The translations under genes were made by a program, and so were the position numbers. The notes under the pieces were generated by a model. It did no database searches. It was given only the letters and a program-made list of their open reading frames with translations, and was not told where the DNA came from. Shown here piece by piece: positions 1 to 14,429 of a stretch of 64,000 nt of DNA (its first letter is position 1; each line of letters opens with the position of its first letter). Source of the stretch: the human T2T-CHM13v2.0 reference genome, Homo sapiens. The stretch lies in the NCBI RefSeq assembly GCF_009914755.1, contig NC_060927.1. One strand, written 5' to 3'.

Positions 1-124
1 GGTGGGTCTGCCTCTCCCAGTCCACTGACTCAAATGTTAGTTTGAGTCCTTTGGCAACACACCCAGGAACAATACTTTGGATCCTTCAATCCAGTCAAGG
101 TGACACTCAGTATTAACTGTCACA
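1..124 (-). mobile_element. MLT2A/B (HERV-L) LTR, 5' end; runs off the window
   Basis: Reverse complement reads TGTGACAGTTAATACTGAGTGTCACCTTGACTGGATTGAAGGATCCAAAGTATTGTTCCTGGGTGTG..., matching the recalled MLT2A start. Confidence 0.85.
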
Positions 125-1889
125 CAATAACACAGTTGAGTAGCTGGCCCTCTAAAGCCAAAATATTTATTATGTGTTTTTTTTTTTTTCATTAAAATCT
201 TGCCTACTCCTGGTGTAGCTATTTTTGGGAGAAGGAACATTTTCATATATAGTACTCTCTTTGTTTGTGGATTTACTAATTTATTGCAAAAAAATAAGTA
301 TAAACTAGATTCCACTTGGCATTATAAAAGTAAAGTCAAATTGACAATAGCCCTTGCCATCAAGTAGTATATATTAGCTAGAATATAGTTAGAATACAGA
401 GAATCTAGAGACAGGCTGAAAACTGCACACAGTGTAACCTGCCAAGAAACTCCCTAAGTTGAATTAGCCAATGAAACATTCTACTTTAGCATTGGTTCTA
501 ATATGTGTATTTCCATTACATATGTGCATATATAATGTATATACAAATATACATATTAATACACGCATATAAAATGGAAATAGAGGTATTAGAAATGGGT
601 GTGTGTATATATGTATACATAAATATGTATATATTTTGTTTTCAATTTATTTTCAAATAGTTCAAGAATACTGTGCTTTTATTTTTATGTGGGCAACTTG
701 TAAGCCTTGTGCACCAGGGCTCTTTAAATCTACCTGGTCACTTGGGAAGGCATCATTTTTAGACTCAAAATGGAAAGGGAATTCAAAACTTATTTGATCA
801 ATTATCTTTATAAATGCAAAATAATTATTTTCTTCCTTTATATGACTCAAAGATAAAATATACTCTAAAATCTCATTTGAGTCTACAGAGGGTAAGGTAC
901 AGATTTTAATGCAATGAGCCAAGGCACGAAAATCAGAATCCACTTATTTTAGAATGCAAGAAAGATGGCTATTGCTTTTTTTAATTTAATCAGGAACAGC
1001 CCAATATTTAGCTTCCACTGGTATTAAGGCAGTAATAATTTCAGTAATTTAGATTCTCCACAAAGCTTGTTCTCTAGATTTCTATACATAGAAGTAGTTG
1101 TAGGAGAAATCTCATAACTTTACTAGAATTCACCTTTATATGGAAGCTGAGGCAACTGTCAGTAATCTTTGTAAGTGTCCTTGGTGACTGCCAGTAACTT
1201 TCCTCCAACTTCTGTTCATTGATCTATAGTCTTAGCTAACCATAAGTGTATTTCTGAATTTTCTCTCTGTGTCAAGCATTTTATAAATCTAGTGAAAAGA
1301 GTGTGATTGCAACAATATCCATTGCCTCAAAATAGGTGACCAGGACATTCCAGAAATTATTACCTTCTTGGCAAATTGTATGAATGCCCTCTTGTCATCT
1401 GTTAGGGGGCAGAGAATAAGGAGTGTGAAATAGGATTTCAATTTGATAAAAATTTAGGTTTTATGTATGATCACTCAGTAAAGGGTTTTTTTTTCCTATT
1501 GAAACAAATTGTGATTGATCACAGTTGCAGAGCTATAAAATTTATTTCTTAATTTATGTAATAATTGCTGAATTTCATGTTATTTTGATTATTCTATTGT
1601 TTCCCCTCTTTGGCATATCAAATTTTTGCACCAAGACTTGGCGAGTGAGTGGGCGATTTCAGTGAAATTTTATTTGGGATGTACGTAAACTCATTCTGTT
1701 ATGAAACTAAGTACAAAGGAGTTAAGAGATAATAAGGGGTGCAGTTATTAGCCCAAGGCAGTTGCCTCGAATCACTAATTTCCACCAGATTTGATATGAC
1801 TTTATGACTCATTCAGGGATCATTTTTTATTCATAGACCTGTAGTTGAGCAAATAAGACCTTCTACATTTGCCTGACAGTTCAGTGTTT

Positions 1890-2005
1890 TTGAGATACCT
1901 ACATCTCTTGCTTTCATGTCTCTCTTCACTTTCTATCCCCAATCTTTCACAATTATCACATCGCATGGTACTTGGTACATAGCAGGTGTTTTGGAATAAT
2001 TGATT
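1890..2005 (+). mobile_element. L2 3'-end fragment, highly decayed
   Basis: catggtacttggtacatagcaggtgttttggaataattgatt resembles the L2/MIR tail motif (cctggcacatagtaggtgctcaataaat). Confidence 0.4.
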
Positions 2006-2980
2006 ATATCTGTTCTAAATGGCAAAAACACTTTAAAAATTTTTAATTTCATGGGTATATAGTAAGTATATATATTTATGGAATATGAGATATTTTGATA
2101 CAAACATACAGTGTGTAATACTTACACCAGGGTAAATGGGCTATCCATCATCTAACACATGTATCATTCATTTTTGTTATAAACATTCCAATTATTCTCT
2201 TTTAGTTATGTTTAAATCTGTGATATATTGTCGACTGCAGTCACCCAATTGTGCTATCAAATACTGGATCTTATTTATTCTATGTAACTGTATTTTTGTA
2301 CCCATTAATCATCTGAACCCTCCCGACCCCCACCCCACTACATTTCCCAGCCTCTCATAGCCATCCTTCTACTCTCCCTGAACAAGAGTCCAGTTTTTAA
2401 AATTTTTAGTTATAAAATGACATCACAAAATGAGAATATATGAAGTTTGTTTTTCTGTGCCTGGCTTATTTCACTTAAAATAATGACCTCCAATTTCATC
2501 CATGTTGTTTCAGATGAAAGAATCTCATTCTTTTTCATGACTGAATAGTACTCTATTGTGTATAGGTACCACAATTTTTTATCCATTCATCTGTTGATGG
2601 ACGCTTAGGTTGCTTCCAAATCTTGTCTATTGTGAATAGTGCTGCAAGAACTATGGGAGTGCAGATATCTCTTCAGTATACTAATTTCCCTTATTTTGTG
2701 TATTTTCCTAGTATTGGGATTGCTGGATAATTTGGTTGTTTTATTTTTAGTTTTTTAAGGAACCTGCACACTGTTCGCCATAGTGGTTATACTAATTTGA
2801 ATTTTCACCAACAACGTATAATAGTTCCTTTATCTCCACATCCTTGCCAACATTCATTATAGCCTGACTTTTAAATAAAATACATTTTTAATTAGGTGAG
2901 ATGATAACTCATTATAATTTTGATTTGGATTCATCTGATGCTCTATGATGTTTAGCACCTTTTTATAAACCTGTTTTGTC

Positions 2981-3819
2981 TTTTTAAAGTTATGATTACA
3001 TTTTAACTTCTGAGATACATGTTCAGAACGTGCAGGTTTGTTACATAGGCATACACGTATCATGGTGGTTTGCTGTACCCATGAACCCATCATCTACATT
3101 AGGTATTTATCCTAATACTATTCCTCCCCTACCCCCAACCCTCCAATAGGCCCTGGTGTGTGATGTTCCCCTCCCTGGGTCCATGTGTTCTCATTGTTCA
3201 GCTCCTACATATGAGTGAGAACATGCAGTGTTTGGTTTTCTGCTCCTGTGTTAGTTTGCTGAGAACGATGGTTTCCAGCTTTATCCATGTCCCTGCAAAG
3301 GACATGATCTCACCCTTTTCATGGCTGCATAGTATTCCATGGTGTATAGGTGCCACATTTTCTTTATCTATTCTATCATTGATGGGCATTTGAGTTGGTT
3401 CCAAGTCTTTGCTATTGTGAATAGTGCTGCAATAAACATATGTGTGCATGTGTCTTTATAGTAGAATGATTCATAATCCTTTGGGTATATACCCAGTAAT
3501 GGGATTGCTGGGTCAAATGGTATTTCTGGTTCAGATCTTTGAGGAATCACCACACTGTCTTCCACAATGGTTGAACTAATTTACACTCCCATCAGCAGTG
3601 TAAAAGCGTTCCTATTTCTCCACATTCTCTCCAGCATCTTTTGTTTCCTGACTTTTTAATGTTTGCCATTCTAACTGGCATGAGGTGATATCTCATTGTG
3701 GTTTTGATTTGCATTTCTCTAATGACCAGTCATGAGGAGCTTTTTTCATGTTTCTTGGCCACATAAATGTCTTCTTTTGAGAAGTGTCTGCTCATATCAT
3801 TTGCCCACTTCTTGATGGA
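2981..3819 (-). mobile_element. 5'-truncated L1PA7-like 3' end inserted in the L1MA
   Basis: L1PA7-type 3'UTR (ctacattaggtatttatcctaatactattcctcccc); ORF2 C-terminus 3368..3565 (CTHMFIAALFTIAKTWNQ). Confidence 0.9.
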
Positions 3820-4254
3820 GTTAAAATACTTCTTCACAAGAAAGAGAACCATCAGTAAAGTGAGGAGACAACCTACAGAATGGTAGAAAATATTTGTAAA
3901 TTATCCATCTGATAAGGGATTAATAAGCAGAATAAATAAGGAGCTTAGATAACTTGATAGGAAAAAAACAATTTAATGATCCTATCAGAAAGTAGACAAA
4001 AGATCTGAATAGGCATTTCTGAAAAGAAGACATAAAAAAGGCAAACAGGAGCATGTTCTAACCATGTTCAGGTTAATTCTACTTTCTAGTAGAATCACTA
4101 GATTTTTTTTTCCCTATTCAGTTGTCTGAGCCCCTTTTTTATTCTGGTTATTAGTCCTTTATCATATGGATAATTTATAAATATTTTCTCCCATTCTGTG
4201 GGTTGTTTCCTCACTTTATTGATCGTTCTCTTTCTTGTGAAGAAGCTTATTAAC
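3820..4254. repeat. Inverted repeat: 3820-3996 vs 4078-4254 (177-bp arms, ~85% identity); the inverted segment extends to 4049
   Basis: Ungapped hand alignment gives about 26 mismatches in 177 bp; both arms share CTTCTTCACAAGAAAGAGAAC, which differs from the recalled L1 consensus. Confidence 0.85.
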
Positions 4255-7189
4255 TTCATGAGATTTCATTTGTCCATTTTTGCTTTGGTTGCCTGTGTTT
4301 GTGGGGTATTACTCAAGAAACCTTTGCCCAGACCAATGTCCTGGAGAGATTACCCAATGTTTATTTTTAGAAGTTGTATAGTCTGAAGTCTTAGACTTAA
4401 GTATTTAATCAATTTGGATTTGATATTTGTATATTGCAAAGATAGGGATCTAGTTTCATTCTTCAGCATATGGATATCCAGCACCATTTATTGAAAAGAC
4501 TGAATGTATATTCTTGGCACCTTTGTCAAAAATGAGTTCACTGTAGATGTATACATTTATTTCCAGGTTCTCTATTTTGTTTCATTGCTCTGTGTGTCTG
4601 TTTTTATGGCAGTACCATGCTATTTTGGTTATTATTGCTCCATAGTATAATTTGAAGTCAGGTAATGTGATTCCCCTAGTATGGTTCTTTTTGCTTAGGA
4701 TGACTTTGGTTATTCTGGATATTTTTGCAGTTCCATATAAATTTAAGGATTATTTCTTCTGTTACTCTAAAAAATATCGTTGGTATTTTGATAGGAATGG
4801 CATTGAATCTATACATTCATTTGGATAGTATAAACATTTTAAACATATTGATTCTTCCAATCCATGAACATGGGCTAACTTTGCATTTGCTTGTGTCCTT
4901 TTTAATTTCTTATATCAATATTTTATAGTTTTTATTGTAAAGATCTTTTAGTTCATTGGTTAATTTAATTTCAAGGTATTTTATTTTATTTGTAGCTGTT
5001 GTAAAAGGGGTTACTCTCTTGATATCTATTTCAGATTGTTCACTGCCATCATGCTATTTCAGATTGTTCAGTGATTTTTCTATGTTGAATTTGTAGCTTG
5101 AAACTCTACTGAATTTGTACATGAGTTCTAATAGCTTTTTGATGGAATCTTTAGGCTTTTCCATGTATAAGATCATATCATCTTCAAAGAAGGATAATTT
5201 GACTTCCTCCTTTCCAATTTGGATGTCCTTTATTTCTTCCTCTTGTTTGATCACCCTAGCTAGACAGCCAGTAAAATGCTAAATAACAGCGGTGAAAGTG
5301 GGCATACTTCTATTGTTCCAGATCTTACAGGAAAGGCTTTTGACTTTTCTCTGTTTTATATGATACTGAGGGTCCATTGTATGTGGCTCTTATTGTGTTG
5401 AGGTATGTTCCTTCTATACCCTGTTTTTTGAGAGTATTTAAAGATTATAAATGGATGTTGAATTTCATCAAATAATTTTCAAGATAAATTGAAATGATCG
5501 TATAATTTTGTCCTTCATTCTGTTAATATAATGTATCAGAATTATTGATTTGCATATGTTGAACCATTGTTGCATCCTTGGGATAAATTTCAGTTGGTCA
5601 TGATAAATGATCTTTTTAATGTGTCGGTGATTTTGATTTGCTAGTATTTCTTTGAGAATTTTTGCATCAATGTTTATCATTAATATTGGCTTCTAGTTTT
5701 CATTTTAAATGTGTCTTTGTCTGGTTTTGGTATCAGAGAAATATTGGCCTCATAGAATGAGGTTGGAAGTATTGCCTCCTCATCTATTTTTCAGAATAGT
5801 TTGTGTAGGACTGATATTAGTTTTTCCTTAAATGTTTGGTAAAATTCAGTAGTGATGTCCTTGAGTTCTTTTCTTTGCTGGGAGACATCTTATTATGCCT
5901 TCTATCTCTTCACTTGTTATCAGTCGCTTCAGGTTTTGCATTTCTTCATTGTTTAATCTTGGTAGGTTATATGTGTCTAGTAATTTATCTATTTCTTCTA
6001 GGTTTTCTAATTTCTTGGCAGAAGTTGTTATAGTGATTTCTAATAATCTCTAGGATATCTGCGGTATCAGCTTTAATGTCTCCTTTTTCACTACTGATTT
6101 TATTTATTTGCATCTTCTTTTTTTTCTTAGTCTAGCTAAAGGTTTGTCAATTTTGTTTGTGTTTCAAAAAAATAAACTTTTTATTTCAATGATTTTTTTC
6201 TTTCTTGTTTCAATTTTATTTTTGCTCTGATGTTTATTTTGTTTTTCTTCTACTAATCTGGGGTTTGGTTTGCTCTTGCTTTTCTAGTTTTTAAGATGCA
6301 TCATTAGGTTGTTAGAAATTTTTCTACTTTTTGATGTAGGCCCTTATTAACTTTCCTTTAACTACTACTTTTATTGTTACCCCATAGGTTTTGGTATATT
6401 ATGTTTCCATTTTTATTTACTTAAAGAAAATTATTAATTTTCTTTTTAATTTCTTCATTGTCCCTCTGGTCATTCAGGAGTATACTGTTTAAATGTCCGT
6501 GTGTTTGTATAGTTTCCAAAATTCCTCTTGTTATTGACTTCTAGTTTGTTCCATTTTGGTCACAGAAGATTCTTGATATGATTTCAATTTTTTTCATTTT
6601 TTAAGACTTTTTTAACTTATTTATGATCTATCCTTGAGCATGATCTATGTGGTGGGTAGATAAATGTGTATTTTACAGCCATTGGATGAAATGTTCTGTA
6701 AATATCTATTAAGTCCATTTAATCTACAGTGTAGATTCAATCTGATGTTCATTGATTTTCTACCTGTATGAGTTCTCCAATGCTGAAAGTGGGATTTTGT
6801 AGTCTCCAGCTATTATTGTGTTGGGGTCTATCTCTCTCCTTAGCTCTAATAATATTTGCCTTATATATCTGGGTTTCCCAATGTTAGGTACATGTATATT
6901 TAAAATTGTTATATCCTCTTGCTAAACTGACCTTTTTATCGGTATAGAATGATCTTTGCCTCATTTTATAGCTTTTGTCTTGAAATCTCCTTTTCTGATA
7001 AAAGCATAGTTACTCCTGCTTTTTTTGTTCTTATTTGCTTAGAATATCTTTTTCATCCCTTTATTTTCAGCCTATGTGTGCCTTCATAGATGAAGTGTGT
7101 TTACTGTAGGCAACAATCATTGGGTCTTGTTTTTGTGTTATTCACTTATCCACTCTGTACCTTTTGATTCAAGAGTTTAGTTCATTTAC

Positions 7190-7577
7190 ATCCAATGTTA
7201 TTATTGGATATAACATTATTATTGTTAATAATAATATTAACATTATTGTTAATAGTATTAATATTATTACTATTAATAATATCATTACTACTAATAATAG
7301 TATTAATATCATTAATATTAATAATAGTATTAATATTAATAGTGATGATATTAATAATAACAATACTAGTATTAGTAGTAATGATTATTGAACTATTAAT
7401 AGTATTAATATTATTATTAACAATATTACCACTATTAATATTATTAATATTTTGATGTATCATTAATATTATTAATATTAATTATTTTAATTCATCACCA
7501 ATATTAATTTTAATAATGTTATTGATATTATCATAATATTAATATTAATGTTAAATCCAATGTTAGTATTGGATATA
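7190..7577. repeat. AT-rich (AAT/ATT) low-complexity tract flanked by a 23-bp direct repeat
   Basis: ATCCAATGTTATTATTGGATATA (7190-7212) and ATCCAATGTTAGTATTGGATATA (7555-7577) bracket ~340 bp of aataat/attatt mosaic. Confidence 0.9.
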
Positions 7578-8624
7578 TATGAGTAAGTAGGGACTTACTC
7601 TTGTCATTTTGCTATTTGTTTTCTGGTTGTTGTGCTGTCTTCTCTTCCTTCCTTTTTTTCTTTTTGTTAAGATAATTTCCTCTGTTGCTATGTTTTAATT
7701 TCTTGCTTTTTATTTTTTGTGGATTGGTTGTAGGTTTTTTTTAGATTTGAAGTTATAATGAGGATTGCAAATAACGTTTTACTACCCATTATTTTAAACT
7801 GAAGACAACTTCGCACTGATTGCAAAAACAAAGAGAAAACTAATAAAAACTCTACACTTTAAGTGTATCTGCCTACTTTTTAACTCTTTGTTCTTTCTAT
7901 TTATATTTTATTACACTATGTCTTGCAAAAGTTGTAGTTATTACTTTTTTTAGCTTCATCTTTTAATCTTTAACTCAAGGTATGTGTGGTTTACACACCA
8001 ACATTACAGTGTTATAATCTGTGTTTGTAAAGTTACTACTATCAGTGAGTTTTATACTTTCTGATGATTTATTACTGCTAATTAATGTTCTTTTCTTTCA
8101 GACTGAAGAACTCTCTTTAGCATTTCTTGTAGGACAAGTCTGGTGTTGATGAAACTTCTCAGGTTTGTTTGTTTAGTAAAGTCTTTATTTCTCCATGTTT
8201 TAAGGGCCTTTTTGTTGGATATACTATTCTAGGATAAATGTTTGTTTTTCTTCAGCACTTTGATGTGTCTTGTCACTCTCTCCTGTCCAATAAGGTTTCC
8301 ACCAAGAACTCTGTTGCCAGACATACCGGAGCTCTTTTGCATGTCATTTGTTTCTTTTCTCTTGCCGCTTTTAGGACCCTTTTTGTACTTGATTTTGGGG
8401 GTTTGAGTATTAAATGTTTTAAGGTAGCCTTATTAGGGTTAAATTTGCTTGGTGTCAATAGCCTTCTTTTACTTGGATATTGATATTTCTCTAGATTTGG
8501 AAAGTTCTCTGTTATTATCTCTTTGAATAAATGTTTTACTCATAATTCCCTCTCTCTCTACTTCCTGTTTAAGGCCAATAACTTTTAGATATATCCTTTT
8601 GAGTTTATTTTCTCAATCTTATAG

Positions 8625-9030
<406 letters not shown>

Positions 9031-10899
9031 AATTTTCTTTTTTTGCTTCATCATTTCAGATGTGGAAAGACTCTAATGCTTTCTTCAGTACATCAATCAA
9101 ATTTTTCAGCTCCAGAATTTCAGCTTGACTTTAAAAATCATGTCAATCTCTTTGTTAAATTTATGTGATAGAATTCTGAAATTCTTCTCTGCTTTATATT
9201 GACTTTTGTTGAGCTTCCTCAAGACAGCTATTCTGATTTCTCTATCTGAAAGGTCACATAGCTCTGTCACTCTGGGGTTGGTTATTGGGGCCTTATTTAG
9301 TTCATTTGGTGAGGCAATATTTTCCTAGATGGTCTTCATGCTTGTGGATGTTTGTCAATATATGGACCTCAAAGAGGCAGGCATTTATTCTAGTCTTTGC
9401 AGTCCAGGCTTGAGTGATTCAATTCTTCTTGGGACGTCTTTCAAAGTATTCAAACGGTATTGAGTGTGAGCTAAGTCTTTGGTCCCTGCAGCCCCATCTG
9501 GATTGAGGGACACTCGAAGCCGAGTAATGCTATGAATCTTATAGACTTATAGATATACTCCCTTAGTGGTCTTGGATATGATATGCAAGATTTCTCTGAA
9601 TTTTCAGGCAGAGAGTCTTCTCTTCCCTTCTTTCCCCCAAACAAATGGAGTCTCTTGTTCTCAGTGCTGAGCTGCCTGGACTAGGGGTAGAGATGACACA
9701 AGCACTCCTGTGGCCACCATCACCAGGACTGTGCTGGGTTAGATCTGAATCCAGTATACTACTGGGTCAAACCCAAAGCCTGTGGTGAGTATTGCCTGGC
9801 TACTAGCTGATGTTTGTTAGAGGCCTACAGGCTCTTTAGTCATCAGGTGGTGAATTCAGCCAGGCTCGTGTCATTTTCTTTAGGCTGGCAAGTTACTTTA
9901 TGGCCCAGGGTGGGTCTAGAAATGCTGTCCAGGCGCTAGGATGTGGAACTTTAGTAAGCTATGTGGTGCTTTATTTTACCACAGCTGAGCTAATACCTAA
10001 GTTGCAAGACTAAGTCCTTTTTACTTGTTTCTCTCCTTTCCTCAAGCAGGAGTCTCCCCCATAGCCACTGCAACTTCAAATGTGCTGGAGCCAGCACAGT
10101 ACTAGACCTCACCCAAGGTCCATGGTGAGTACGACCTGGCTACTGCTGATGTTTATTCAAGGTTCAAGGGCTCTTTAGTGAGAAGATAATGAGTACTGCC
10201 CAAACTAGTTACTTCTTTTCAAGACAATGTATTCCCTTTAGGCCAAGGGTATGCCTAGAAATGTCACCCAGTAGTTAGGGACTGGACTGGGAGCTTCAGG
10301 ACTCTGCTTGGTGCTTCATTTCACTGTGGCTGAGCTGATTTTTGGTTCTTATGAAGGTGCGTTTTTGTGTTTGGATAGTTGTTCAATTTGGTGTTCCTGC
10401 AAGGGGTACAATCACTGCAGGGTTCTATTCGGCCTTCTTGCTTTGCCTCTATCCCGTGTTTTAGGTAAGAGATACACAGCCTATTCAAATACAGATATCA
10501 AATGTCAAAGGCTGTTCTTCCAAGAATGTGGTTGGGGCCAGCAGCTAGGAATGTGGTTGGAGCCAAAAATAGCAGGACCAGAGAAAGATACCAAAACCCA
10601 CCTCTGGCCACAAATGGGTGAGCAGCTACTTAGGAGGGCTTCTGAGACTCTTGTACCCCATGGGAAGGCTGATGTTTTAAAGGCCTCGGGTAAACTAAGT
10701 GAAAATCTCCATTACTGCTGTTGAAGCAAAGATTCAGTGACTATTGCTTGGATTTATATATTGAAAGAAAGTAGACTGCAAGGATTCTATCTATGGACCT
10801 TTATGGTAGTAAATTCTTTAATTTCAATTAAATACTATTGTTTTACTTTACCTCGGCAAATATAGTTCTAAGTACACTCATACTTACGTAACTAGTGTA

Positions 10900-11085
10900 A
10901 TAAGCATTTTGTATGATTACATAATTTATAAAATATTTTCATTTGTTTTATCTTCATTTGTGTCAGTCACTCATGCTGGAATTTGTGTAGAGAATATGTT
11001 ATTACTCTTCTGTTATGCTGGTGAAGAAACAAAGGTTCATACATGTTAAATACCCTAATCAAGGCTATACAATAACAGTGAACAT
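10900..11085 (-). mobile_element. MIR fragment
   Basis: attactcttctgttatgctggtgaagaaacaaaggttcatacatgttaaataccctaatcaagg resembles the MIR core on the - strand. Confidence 0.5.
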
Positions 11086-12270
11086 AAAATAATATAAAGT
11101 CTCCTAAAACTATTTTGCAAACTATATATGCTACTGAGATAGAGCTAGAACTCTAATTCAGCTTCTGCATATAGCTATCTCGATTACAAAGTTTTAAATA
11201 AATTATTCCATATAATCATATATTCTACAGATACGATGCTTTCCTGATAAACATTTTGCTGTTTACTAAGTTTCTTTTTTGAGTTTTAAATATGTGCGCT
11301 GATATGACGTTAAAAGTATGACATGGTTTGTGTGGCTTATCTTGAAAGCATACACATTCGAGTATTTTTTATTATAGTTTCACTAATTTCACCCTTTTCT
11401 GAATTCTCTACTGGCTTCCTACTAGCTTCCTTATTTCCCTAAAATAATTAGAGTTTAAACATCTCAATTTCCAGGAGGACTGTTGCTCCCATTTTAAAAG
11501 ATGGCTTGTCAATAGAGCCAGAAAGAATTTTCTAATTATGATACTTCATAACATCTTCACTATATCTTTCATTATATAAAAAAATGACACCACTGACAGT
11601 GATTACACATCTCCATTCCACCTCAAACTTCACAGTAGTCATCTTTGAAAGAATACCTAGTGCAACAATGTTTGCACTTTCCTAAATTATCAGGCATTGG
11701 CAAATACTTCACATCTCATCAAATATTTTACTGAGTAATGTGTATCTTTGAAAATGGACATCAGTCACCAAATTACACTAAAATTATAAAAACTATAGAG
11801 AAGCAACAGGCTGCCAGCTACCGGACATGCACAGAAATGGAGATTTGAGAAAACATATATTATCTTTGATCAGCAAAAATTATGATAATCAAAACTTAGC
11901 ATTTAGTGATAGACATAAAATAAATATATTGGGGAAACTGGCTACAGATGGTATGAGGTATCTATGTCTATGCAGATAGTGCATCAAAGAAGTAGCTTTA
12001 GAGCAGAACACTAGTTCACAATTATCTAAGACAATAAAGAAAAATTTGTTTACAGGTAATTAAGCATTATTATTAATTTGAAGAATGCAAAAACAATACT
12101 GCCAAATAATGCTAGTGTCAGTGGAAAGACATTTTACAAATACTACAAAACCTTTATGATGACATGCAAATTCAAAGATCACAATACAATTTGCAATAAG
12201 AGTAGTACAAATTCATTCACAAATTCAAAAACTATATTGAATTGGTATGTATAGATAAAAGGGGACATTT

Positions 12271-12560
12271 GGCAAGACATGGTGGCTCATGTTGTAATCC
12301 AGCCCCTTGAGAGGCTGAAGTGGGAGGATTGCCTGAGCCCAGGAATTTGAGACAAGTTTGGGTAACATAGTAAATCCACATCTCTTAAAAAAAAGTTAGC
12401 CTGGCATGGCTTGACACACTTGTAGTTCCAGCTACTCAGGAGGCTGAAGCAGGAGGAAGGCTTGAGTCCCAGAAGTTGAGGCTTCGGTGAGCCATGATCA
12501 TGCCACTGCACTAAAGCCTGCGCAACAGAGTTGAGACCTGGTCTCAATACAAATAAAAAT
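12271..12560 (+). mobile_element. AluJ with degenerate TSD
   Basis: AluJ features (ggaggattgcctgagcccagg, gccatgatcatgcc); flanks taaaaggggacattt / taaaaggaacaattt. Confidence 0.92.
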
Positions 12561-14429
12561 AAAAGGAACAATTTAGAAGTTTTTAATGAAAAATTCTACA
12601 AAATATCTGACCACTTATCTGTAAATTATATATTTTCATCTAAGTAATGATAAAAACAAAAATTTTGAATTTTGGAAAGTTATATATCTCTCAGAAGACA
12701 TCAATTCAACTATTTCCAAATTAACATAAGAAATAGGCTGTCTTCTTCGCTGAGACTCAACTCTCCAATATACACAGGCTATATGACTTTGGGCACATTG
12801 ATAACTATTCAACATATGAATTGTCGCAAATTTCACATACTAATTTAAATGACTATTACTTAAGATAATACACACAAAAATTTACATAGTTGTAAGCTAC
12901 AGTACATATTTGTGCTAATTTAATTTTTTTAGTTCTCTTTCATAGTTTACTTTTAGAAATGTTGATATTGATAATTTATTTTTGTCATTATGGAAGTTTT
13001 TTTTGTCCTGTTTTTGTGGATAAGGGCCATTGATAGCTTTCAATATTAAGTTGAAGTGATTTTCTTTAAATGTTTGCTGTTACTAAATCTAGATATCTAG
13101 TTGTTCTGAGAGAAAGGAAAAACAGTACTCATAAATGTTAAGTAAAACTTTCGATGACAATGATTCTATGTGATACATCTTTGTGGTAAAATTAGTACAT
13201 ATATAGTCAATAGCATTTTTTTCCATTTCCTTCAGTTTATTCCCCATTTAGAGGTATTGTTATACAAAAACGTTCTAAACCAGAAAATAATTTTGCTGTC
13301 ATTTAGTCTATTCTATGGCATACAGATGGCAAAAGTATGAGAAATTTTGCTCCAAAGGAAAAAGATAAGATTAATTATGAATAGAGAAACTATAGCTGTT
13401 TTCATATATATTTCAAAATATAAATATAACGTATGAATCTGTACTTTATTTCATATAGTTTAAATATAGTTTTCATATAATTAATGATTATTAAATTTTA
13501 ATTACAAGTTTAGCTATTTTTATTTTTGAAAATGCTCCTAAGATTATTTTGCACAAGGTTTTCAATTAACACTTGTTTCTACTGAGTCTCTAAAAATGCC
13601 CATTAATTTTAATTTTGTTGTGATTTTATTTTTTCTTCTTCTAACATTATTCCTATCCTTAGCTTATCAATAATTTTCAGTAATGACACATCACAATAAT
13701 ATAGTGTTGTGATTTTTTACATTATCTATTTAGTAGGGATATGCTTCAGCTTAAGTCTCTTCTTTCTTGATATATTATTGTATTGGATTTCATATTTTAG
13801 AGTAAGTTCTTTCCACACACCAAACTCATTAATAATTTATTAGTTATCTTATGGATGTAGAATAGAAGTATATTACTCCTTTTGTTAGAATTCCATTTCA
13901 AAAAACATTAAGGGACAGGATACATTTAATAAACTTTTATCGTAAAAGTTCCAGAAAAGGAAATTCTTATTTATACAAATATGTTATTAATGTTTTTCAT
14001 GTGTAGTGCCAAATACGATACTGATAGATTGAAACAAGACAATTATGTTATCAAGTTTAACCTTCTGTGTAATATCTTCTTTGGCATCTGAAATAATGCA
14101 ACTTAACAGAACAAATTTGTTAGTATCTTTACTGGGCATAAGCTGGCATAGGATTTCATAGGGCTGAATATTTTGAGAGATGTCAAAAAAATGAATTCAG
14201 ATTCTCTGATCTTAGGTCTGAAAATTTTAGTTATGAGGGGTTGGCAACTTACACATTGCAAGTTAAGTAACAGTGAATGTGACAAATAAAACAATGTAAT
14301 TATCAAATAATTGCCGCTACACCTAAAGCAGAATGACAACCATGAACTGGAAAATCCAAGAAAGCATGGAGTTATCCTATGTTAAAAGGCTGATTTCAAG
14401 ACATTAGGAATGGAGATCAAGAGTGAATA

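Noticed and set aside
510-640. TA/TG-rich stretch with a 64-aa ORF starting at 603
   Set aside because: Degenerate dinucleotide low-complexity sequence.
3820-4049. Twin-priming inversion of the L1PA7
   Set aside because: The inverted piece shares private variants with the host L1MA, not with L1PA7, so it is reported as a target-derived duplication instead.
7164-7463. Overlapping ORFs rich in I/N/L that look like membrane or asparagine-rich proteins
   Set aside because: Translation artefacts of the AAT/ATT low-complexity tract.
9745-10340. ~340-bp tandem duplication (units starting near 9761 and 10101)
   Set aside because: Repeated units are, as I recall, a normal part of L1MA-era 5' regions, so this is probably not locus-specific.
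10308-10724. 138-aa ORF
   Set aside because: Starts at a non-ATG codon inside the antisense L1 5' end and runs into flank; no recognisable domain.
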